Part shown: positions 56,823 to 64,000 of the stretch, in pieces
Layout of the letters: the number at the start of each line of letters is the position of its first letter
Position numbering within the stretch: the first letter of the stretch is position 1
Source: an uncultured Methanosarcinales archaeon
GTDB lineage: Archaea > Nanobdellota > Nanobdellia > Woesearchaeales > CAZYIM01
Direction: 5' to 3'
DNA length: 64,000 bases
Assembly (NCBI GenBank): GCA_964647565.1
Contig: CAZYIM010000010.1
Span: 1-64,000, forward strand
Program-made: the position numbers and the translations under genes
The notes under the pieces: model-generated
Told to the model about the DNA's origin: nothing
Databases searched by the model: none
What the model saw: the letters and a program-made list of their open reading frames with translations, nothing else

Positions 56823-59800
56823 ATGAAAAAAAGAGGGGTATTGCTTTTCTTAGTCTTTGTTTTAGTTGCTTTTCTTCTAGCAAATGTTGTCTCTGCAGCA
56901 TCATATGACTTCATAAGCAATTACGATCAATGGTATGTTTGCGATGCAGATAACAACGCACCTAACTTTGGAGATTTAGTGCATTCAGCACCAACAGATG
57001 ATGATAATGATCCTGATACTCCTCCTGTGGGCAACTATATTCCTGTATATGAGACTTTTCCTGACTTTAGGAGAGGTAAAACAGATTTATTGGTCTGTCA
57101 GATGGGTTCTGTTACAAATATAGAACGATTTCATGGTAATAATGAAAATCCTTATTATGAAACTGCATGGGATAACCTTTGGGATGAGTATCCAACCACA
57201 GGGGGTTGTTGTGATAATACTGAAAACGCTTGTTGTTGTTTATTAGTCAAACATGAAGATGATTTGATAGGATTTTATACTGCGTTTAATAATGATCCTT
57301 GGGCATTATCAAAAAGCCCAGGTTCCATAATACCTGATGAATCTCAATGTGGTATATGTTTTGAAAAATCAACAGTCCAAGAAAGATATCCTGTTTTTGA
57401 CCCTACTGAAAATTTAAATTGTCTTTGTGATAATACAGACTCATGCGATGATGTTGAGGGTAGTTGCAGATGTGATAATGATTGTTCTTTTGATGATCCT
57501 GATGCTAATATAGAAGATGTAACTATTGATCCCTATAATCATAATCTGGGAAGGAGCAAAGGAGATAGAACAACTCCTTGTGAGGGGCCAACAGGATTAA
57601 ATGGACATCTTTGTACTTTTGATGGAACCTCAAATTTTGAAGTATGTCTTGGTCCTGGAGAACTTATTGTATCAAAGGAAACTCACGAAGATACAACAGG
57701 AACAAAATCTTGCTGTTTAGGTGTGCCTTGTATTGAAGTTGATCCTGCAATAGATTGTGTTGGTGATGTACAAGATGGTATGATTATTGATACTAGATTC
57801 TATAAATGTAAAGGTGATGTTCTGGAAACTCCAGATACTAATAATCCTGATGAAATATGTTGCTTTGGAGAGAAACAACTTAAATTAACAAAATCTGGAA
57901 CCTTCTCTTATTTGAGCAGCGAATCTTTTATCTGCTACCTGAATGACCAGGATAACATTTTTGCTGAATGTTGCGGTAAAGAGGGAATATGTAAAAATTT
58001 ATTTCTAAAAGATGTTGGGGACTTTGAATATGTTGATGATACAAAGAAAATTTTTGCTCCTGGAACATCTTTATTTATTTTAAATTCTTATGATGTTTTT
58101 ACTGAACAAGATACTGTTAGCAATAAAGCAAGAAAAATCTCAAATACTGTAGCCGCACCTGAAGAACAGGTTCTTTTACCTGTACATCTTCCAAATAAAA
58201 AAATGGATTGGTCGGATTTTGAAAATTTGGTATTTGATCTTTGGTATTCTGAAAATCTGGAGTTCCAGAAAGTTATACTTAAACCAGAAGATCAGGACCC
58301 AATTGAATTAATTGATGTTAACCAAATATTAGATATTGGTTATGAAGAGTCGCCTGTTAATCCAATCCCTGAGATTTTTCATAGGTATTACTTTAATATT
58401 GAAAGTGTTGATGCTGTGATAACAAAAGTGACATTTCAATTTAGAGAAACATCAGGATTAGATTATATACTCTATTTGGATAATCTAGCTCTTAAAAAAA
58501 GCGATGCTGCAACAGATTGGTACTGCTCAGGTAACTACAAGAATTGGCTGCCTTCCTTAACCCCAACTACAACTCCTGATCCTGGTAAAGAGGATGAATT
58601 CTATGCACCTTACAAGGAGGCTTGTATCTACAACTGGCCATTTTTCTGGACAGGCACTAAATGCTGCGGTTATGATTCTGCGCCGGGGGTGGGCTTGCAG
58701 AATAAAGAATTCTATGCTGATAGTGAAGGTGGATGCTTTGGTGGTATTCCTGTCATGAGCAACAACAAAGTCAGTAAGAAAATGCCTGGATTCCATGATA
58801 ATATTCTTTATTATGTTGGAAACAATGACCTGAAATTCTATTCTTGTGGCTTTAATTGGAGTGATGAAGTTTACACAGATGCTATTCTTGCTGCAGATTT
58901 CAAAGAAGATAGTCGGCGCTGCGACATAGTCGGTACCCACTTCTGTTCGAACGAGGGAGTTTGGGAAAGTGCGTTCAGAGCTGATAAAGATATAATTACC
59001 ATAGAAGAACTTCAATCAGGGGATGCTTTCATTTCAATGGAGTTTAAGGAGGCTCCGAAGCCAGTTACAGGAAATATACCTGCACGCATGCTTCCAAAAT
59101 GGTATAATGATTCAATAAAATTATTACAAGATCATGACGGGAACTGGGAAACTCCTGAAGATACTGAGCGTTATGATTGGTATGCTGCGTATGTTAATTG
59201 GAAAAATGGTAAGGAATGTGACGGCATAGCTAATTTGACTGATGATGAAATATATGTTGATACTGATAACAAGGTATTAAGAGATGATTGGTGGAACTCA
59301 ACTACTTATTTAGTGGATAATGGCGATTCTGGTTGTCTCGGAGATAAAAATGACGGCGCGGACTGGTATTATATGTATGTCAAAGACCTAGATCCTAATA
59401 ATATTGTTTCCTTCTCTTCTGAGAGCTGTTGTCCTGCAAACAATTGTTGGGATGGTTATCAGTGCATCAAGGCCTCTGATTATATGGAGCACAGTGATGT
59501 TCCGCCGATATATATGGACAACGAATTTAATACTGAACAAGACAAGAATAAAATACAAAATACTGGCTTTATTAAGGATGTCTCAAATTTCACAGGCTAT
59601 AGATGTATATTGGATGAGACTGGCGCTGCTCACTGGAAACTAACTAATCTTTCTCTTGATTGGAACAATCAATTCAGTGGTTATTGCATAAATAGCACTC
59701 AATGTTATATTGGTTCTGCTGATGGAGGTTCTACATACTATCCTGATGCAGGCGATAAGGCCTTCTGTGTCAATGATACCGCCTTTGTTGGTGAATATTA

Positions 59801-60719
59801 TTGTGACAAGGGATCATGGAGCTCTAGTAAGAAGATCATGGCCAACTATCTTTTGAGCAGCCATTTTACAAAGGAGGGAGGTCAGTCAGATGGAGATTAT
59901 AAGGATTACATCCTGCATTGCGGACGCGCAAACGAGACAACATTAGGAGATGACTTAAAGGGTGTATTGACGAATAGCCAAACACTTTGTGTATTGAGGA
60001 CGGATGACTCTGTCTTGGTAAGTGCAAAAATGATTCAGTTTTCTACTATTGCTGATTTCTTAACTAAGCTAGATGAAGAAATAATAGAAAAGGAGGATCC
60101 TGACAGTGGTTCTTTTGGTGATGATTTTACTATCTGTGATGATAAAGGTAAATTGGGTGTGGATAATAAAGCAGTTATGGAACGTTGTACTGATGGAAAA
60201 CAGGACTATGAGGTTTTTTGGGATGACACAAACCAGATAATTATTTTTGGAAAAACCAAGCAGGATATGGGTGTTCTTGAACAGATATGGAACGCTATTC
60301 TAGATGTATTTAGGAGTTTATTTGATGTGGATGAAATAACTGTTGTTTCAGGAGATATGCTCGGATCAATATCCAACTTTGACAGGCTCTATAAGGCATT
60401 CTTCTGGATTAACACATCAATGAACAAGACTGTAGATGCCTACATGGTCGAGACTTGGGATCTTAAACAAGTATCAGCTACTAGATCTGAGTTTGTCTTT
60501 GTGCATTATGAAAATGTTGCAACTTCTGGATTGGATGATTTAACTAATGCATTAGATAGTTATGCCTTTGATAAGAATGTTGTAACCGAACCAAACGGAA
60601 AGAAGATTGTATTTTCAATTGATCCTACAGGTACGGAATTTGACTTCTGGCAGTATCTTGCTCCTTTGATCAGGTTTACATCTGACGGTTTAAGTAAGAG
60701 CCAAGTATCGATTCCATAA
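56823..60719 (+). CDS. Giant secreted acidic Cys-rich surface protein
   Basis: MKKRG plus hydrophobic signal peptide; many CC pairs; D/E-rich; possible carbohydrate-binding beta-sandwich (DWSDFENLVFDLW...YLDNL). Confidence 0.8.
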   Translation: MKKRGVLLFLVFVLVAFLLANVVSAASYDFISNYDQWYVCDADNNAPNFGDLVHSAPTDDDNDPDTPPVGNYIPVYETFPDFRRGKTDLLVCQMGSVTNIERFHGNNENPYYETAWDNLWDEYPTTGGCCDNTENACCCLLVKHEDDLIGFYTAFNNDPWALSKSPGSIIPDESQCGICFEKSTVQERYPVFDPTENLNCLCDNTDSCDDVEGSCRCDNDCSFDDPDANIEDVTIDPYNHNLGRSKGDRTTPCEGPTGLNGHLCTFDGTSNFEVCLGPGELIVSKETHEDTTGTKSCCLGVPCIEVDPAIDCVGDVQDGMIIDTRFYKCKGDVLETPDTNNPDEICCFGEKQLKLTKSGTFSYLSSESFICYLNDQDNIFAECCGKEGICKNLFLKDVGDFEYVDDTKKIFAPGTSLFILNSYDVFTEQDTVSNKARKISNTVAAPEEQVLLPVHLPNKKMDWSDFENLVFDLWYSENLEFQKVILKPEDQDPIELIDVNQILDIGYEESPVNPIPEIFHRYYFNIESVDAVITKVTFQFRETSGLDYILYLDNLALKKSDAATDWYCSGNYKNWLPSLTPTTTPDPGKEDEFYAPYKEACIYNWPFFWTGTKCCGYDSAPGVGLQNKEFYADSEGGCFGGIPVMSNNKVSKKMPGFHDNILYYVGNNDLKFYSCGFNWSDEVYTDAILAADFKEDSRRCDIVGTHFCSNEGVWESAFRADKDIITIEELQSGDAFISMEFKEAPKPVTGNIPARMLPKWYNDSIKLLQDHDGNWETPEDTERYDWYAAYVNWKNGKECDGIANLTDDEIYVDTDNKVLRDDWWNSTTYLVDNGDSGCLGDKNDGADWYYMYVKDLDPNNIVSFSSESCCPANNCWDGYQCIKASDYMEHSDVPPIYMDNEFNTEQDKNKIQNTGFIKDVSNFTGYRCILDETGAAHWKLTNLSLDWNNQFSGYCINSTQCYIGSADGGSTYYPDAGDKAFCVNDTAFVGEYYCDKGSWSSSKKIMANYLLSSHFTKEGGQSDGDYKDYILHCGRANETTLGDDLKGVLTNSQTLCVLRTDDSVLVSAKMIQFSTIADFLTKLDEEIIEKEDPDSGSFGDDFTICDDKGKLGVDNKAVMERCTDGKQDYEVFWDDTNQIIIFGKTKQDMGVLEQIWNAILDVFRSLFDVDEITVVSGDMLGSISNFDRLYKAFFWINTSMNKTVDAYMVETWDLKQVSATRSEFVFVHYENVATSGLDDLTNALDSYAFDKNVVTEPNGKKIVFSIDPTGTEFDFWQYLAPLIRFTSDGLSKSQVSIP

Positions 60720-60756
60720 GTAAAATTTATATACTTCTTTGATTCTAGGTTTCTTT

Positions 60757-61611
60757 ATGAGAAAAGCAGCGTATGCAGGTTCTTTTTATCCAGCTTCTAT
60801 TACTGGCATGGATGAGATGATTGAGAAGTGTTTTCTTTCTGAACGAGGGCCAGGCGCCCTTCCCTCAAAATCGACTGAAAACTTGGTTAAAGCAGTTGTG
60901 GTTCCCCACGCAGGATATGTATATTCAGGTCCTGCTGCCGCATGGTCGTATAAAGCAATAGCTGAGTCTGAGTTTCCAGACTTTTTTATTATAGCAGGCC
61001 CTAGCCACCAGACAGGACAGTCGGCGTTGACACAGGAGACTTTTGAGACGCCTTATGGGGAGGTCAGAGTGGACCAGGATTTTGCCAGAAGGTTATTGGA
61101 AAAGGGCACTATCAAGGAAAACAAACATATCCATGATTCTGAGCACTGTATTGAGGTGCAGCTGCCTTTCCTTCAATTTGTATTCAAGAAAAAGCTTGAG
61201 AAAATTAAGATCCTGCCACTTTTATTAAGTGGAGATACGGATTTGAAAAAACTGGCTGTTGACATAAAAGAGGTTTTGTTGGAAACCAAAAAAAGAGCAG
61301 TCTTTATTGCAAGTTCAGATTTTACTCATTATGGACGAAATTATAGGTATGTTCCTTTCTCTTCGGATGTGAAGAAGAGATTATATGATCTTGATGGTGG
61401 AGTGATCAACTTTATCAAGGATCAGGATCCAGATGGGTTTATGAAATACGTGCATGAGAAGATGGCAACTATCTGTGGTGCGTATGCAATAGAGTTGCTA
61501 TTAAGGACTGTAAACGCCGAAAAGGTGCTGTTGGAGCAATTCTATACTTCAGGGGACATCACAGGAGACTATAAGAATTCTGTGAGCTATGCAAGCATTG
61601 TTTTCAAGTAA
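60757..61611 (+). CDS. amrB: AmmeMemoRadiSam system protein B (MEMO1 family)
   Basis: AGSFYP, PHAGYVYSG, GPSH, EHCIEVQLPFLQ, SSDFTHYG, TICG. Confidence 0.95.
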   Translation: MRKAAYAGSFYPASITGMDEMIEKCFLSERGPGALPSKSTENLVKAVVVPHAGYVYSGPAAAWSYKAIAESEFPDFFIIAGPSHQTGQSALTQETFETPYGEVRVDQDFARRLLEKGTIKENKHIHDSEHCIEVQLPFLQFVFKKKLEKIKILPLLLSGDTDLKKLAVDIKEVLLETKKRAVFIASSDFTHYGRNYRYVPFSSDVKKRLYDLDGGVINFIKDQDPDGFMKYVHEKMATICGAYAIELLLRTVNAEKVLLEQFYTSGDITGDYKNSVSYASIVFK

Positions 61612-61646
61612 AAATTTAAATACCTGATAATAAATTAGGTTCTTAG

Positions 61647-64000
61647 ATGGGAAAAAAAAGAGGTCAGTTTACAATATTTATAATTCTAGGCTTAGTGTTG
61701 GTCATCTCATTTGCACTTATACTTTTCATCAGAGATCTGGCTTTGCAGGGGCAAGCCAAGATTGAGGCTGCTACTGCTGTCCAGGATTTCCTTCAGCAGT
61801 CAACTCTTCAGAGTTATGTTGAATCTTGTCTTGAACAGGCTACAACAGATGCTATTGTTAAGCTGGGGTTGCAAGGTGGTGCTCTTTATTTACATCAAGA
61901 TGGAGATGTAGATATAACAACTCAGCCTGATGGTAATGTTACTATTCCCTTTAATGTCACAGAATATAATGAGACATATGATGTTTCTTATGGTATAACC
62001 TTGCAAAATGAGACTTGTATAAATCCTTCTGCACCAAATTATCCATTTCAATATAAGAATTTTCAAGAAATACTGCTGTTTTTTCTTGGAGGTGATTGTT
62101 TTGGAGGGCCTTATGGCAGGCGTTCACTTTCATTGCTTTGTAATGCAGATGGGCCAAATAGCCTTGAAGTGCGTACAGACCGAACAGGTAACGTCAAAAT
62201 ATTTGACTGCTCTCAAAATGAATATTCAAAAGCAGGAAATGTCCAGAATTCCTTGGAAAATTATATAGCTAAAAAAGTGCAGAGTTGTGCAGACTTTTCT
62301 ATTTTTGAACAAAGGTTTCAGCATAACATATCTGTTGGGGTGGCTCAAACAACAGTTATTTACGGAAATTCTGGTATAACAGTTAAATTGCACTATCCTG
62401 TTACAGTGCTAGTTTGGGGTAAACGGCCTATCATTGATTTTATGGATTTCCAGATTAAAAAAGATATACGATTGAAAAGGTCATTTGATATTGCAAGAGA
62501 GCTTATAAGAAAAGAGTCACAGGAGATATTCTTTGATCCTGCCAATCAGACGCAAAGAACAAATGATGCTAGTTTGTATGGGTTGCTTGACTCTTCTTTT
62601 TTTATTGAGGTTATACCTAATTCTTGCGTGGGTTGTACAACTCTTGGTGCTTATGACGATGTGATGCGGATTTATGATAATTATTCTTTGATCAAGGGCA
62701 AGCCGTTTATCCTAGAGTTTGCCATAAAGAACAGAAGACCTGTGCTTGATTATATCAAATATGAACCTATAGATAGGTTCGACTATGTAGTTCCTGCTGG
62801 TGAAGAGATATTCTTCAAGCCAATAGGCAAGGATGCAGACGATGATCCTGTCAACTACACCTACAAAGGCTGGAGAGAGAATTATTATACTGATTTTGAT
62901 TTTGATTGTTGTAAAGCAGATACAGTACCTCCTGGTAATGGTGCAAAATGCATCAACCAGTGTCAGATAAGAAAGAATGTAGTCAAGAATAACTGGACTA
63001 AATCTTCTGAATACCTAACCACCCAGCATAGCGCCAATTACATGACCAATTTAAGTGACTCAGGCTGGCACTTTACATCTGTCTGGATCCAAGAACCATC
63101 TGGACTGGTCGATTACCAGAATGTCTCTATCTTGGTCTTTAATCTGCCCAACCCTGTACTTGAGGTCTCTAACATTTATTCAGATATCAATGATTCACAT
63201 GCGTCTATTGAAGACCCATATACAATGACAACCATAGGTTCACATATCGACTGGTTCAATGCCACGATTGTTAACAGGACTTATTTCAGGCTAGCGGGTA
63301 ATGATCAGTTTAATGTGACTAAAGCAATAACATCATTGGATCTACCCTTAACAACACGCAATATTTCAAATATAACAGAGACCATATTTACCAAATCGAA
63401 CTTTGTACCCTCTCCTCCTGACCAATATAAAAAATATCAATTAAATTTCACGCTCTTTGCAAAATACTCATTACCCCCCATGGAATTCTGGACAGTTCCA
63501 GTTACCAAAGATGTTGAAGTTTATGCCTGTTTACCCTACAGGACAACAGCTGCAGCTCCAGATATATTCCCTTATACTGACACTTTATCTGGAGATGATC
63601 CTTTCCTCGCCAACCACAGCTGCTGTCATGATGGTACAACTGGGAGTCCTTATGGGACTATATTTGGCATTGGAGAAAACCAAGTATGTTTCAATGAATC
63701 TGAATTTGGGCCTTTCTTTGCATTTGATCTTAATAAATACAAGAAACCACAGCCATTTGGTCTAACAGCAATATCTATACCCTATTCTTCTACCCAAACA
63801 TTCAGCATGCCTGCAGATATAAATCGGCCTGAAGCGAACGATATCTTTACGCGGACATTTAATAGGTATTGTGATGGTAAAAGAGGCAATATATGCAACG
63901 GAAGCATGACAGATGATTTTGAAATCACGCCGGCTAACCAATGCTTTGACGGTGAAACCTGGCAAGAAGAGCGTTGTGTAGGGCCTCACCAGGATTATTT
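61647..64000 (+). CDS. Large Cys-rich surface protein with class III (pilin-like) signal peptide; 3'-truncated (not in ORF track)
   Basis: MGKKRG/QFTIFIILGLVLVISF; YVESCL...LGLQGG; frame read by hand is open to the window end (at least 784 codons); many N-x-S/T sequons. Confidence 0.85.
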   Translation, partial: MGKKRGQFTIFIILGLVLVISFALILFIRDLALQGQAKIEAATAVQDFLQQSTLQSYVESCLEQATTDAIVKLGLQGGALYLHQDGDVDITTQPDGNVTIPFNVTEYNETYDVSYGITLQNETCINPSAPNYPFQYKNFQEILLFFLGGDCFGGPYGRRSLSLLCNADGPNSLEVRTDRTGNVKIFDCSQNEYSKAGNVQNSLENYIAKKVQSCADFSIFEQRFQHNISVGVAQTTVIYGNSGITVKLHYPVTVLVWGKRPIIDFMDFQIKKDIRLKRSFDIARELIRKESQEIFFDPANQTQRTNDASLYGLLDSSFFIEVIPNSCVGCTTLGAYDDVMRIYDNYSLIKGKPFILEFAIKNRRPVLDYIKYEPIDRFDYVVPAGEEIFFKPIGKDADDDPVNYTYKGWRENYYTDFDFDCCKADTVPPGNGAKCINQCQIRKNVVKNNWTKSSEYLTTQHSANYMTNLSDSGWHFTSVWIQEPSGLVDYQNVSILVFNLPNPVLEVSNIYSDINDSHASIEDPYTMTTIGSHIDWFNATIVNRTYFRLAGNDQFNVTKAITSLDLPLTTRNISNITETIFTKSNFVPSPPDQYKKYQLNFTLFAKYSLPPMEFWTVPVTKDVEVYACLPYRTTAAAPDIFPYTDTLSGDDPFLANHSCCHDGTTGSPYGTIFGIGENQVCFNESEFGPFFAFDLNKYKKPQPFGLTAISIPYSSTQTFSMPADINRPEANDIFTRTFNRYCDGKRGNICNGSMTDDFEITPANQCFDGETWQEERCVGPHQDY

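Noticed and set aside
61711..63989. Short ORFs listed in the track at the right end
   Set aside because: All lie within the long open frame that starts at 61647

Overview
Archaeal core-genome window, very probably DPANN (Woesearchaeota/Nanoarchaeota-like). The assignment is inferred from the fused PriS-PriL primase, the PolD pair, the archaeal r-protein set and large Cys-rich surface proteins. It contains: (1) a cell-surface glycosylation/radical-SAM cluster and a secreted metzincin pair at the left end; (2) PCNA, RNase J, three related coiled-coil hypotheticals, AmrS, TrmB and pheST; (3) the large uL3-to-secY/eL14 ribosomal superoperon on the minus strand, lacking adk and cmk and with many long low-complexity tails; (4) a replication island of fused primase, TOPRIM protein, TBP-MCM-RPA-like, PolD DP2/DP1 and Orc1/Cdc6, followed by a clear oriC (perfect 22-bp inverted ORB pair around an AT-rich DUE), a second TrmB and Hef; (5) RNase P p30, AmrB and two giant Cys-rich exported proteins, the last truncated and absent from the ORF track. 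No rRNA, tRNA, CRISPR array or mobile element was recognised. The least explained signals are a ~290-nt densely base-paired non-coding element (36425-36710), an ORB-like site upstream of tbp-mcm 12 kb from oriC, a frameshifted PEPK-repeat N-terminus on uL30, a structured leader on the r-protein operon, and twin TrmB genes with a shared promoter motif. All calls come from reading motifs by eye; no database searches were run.
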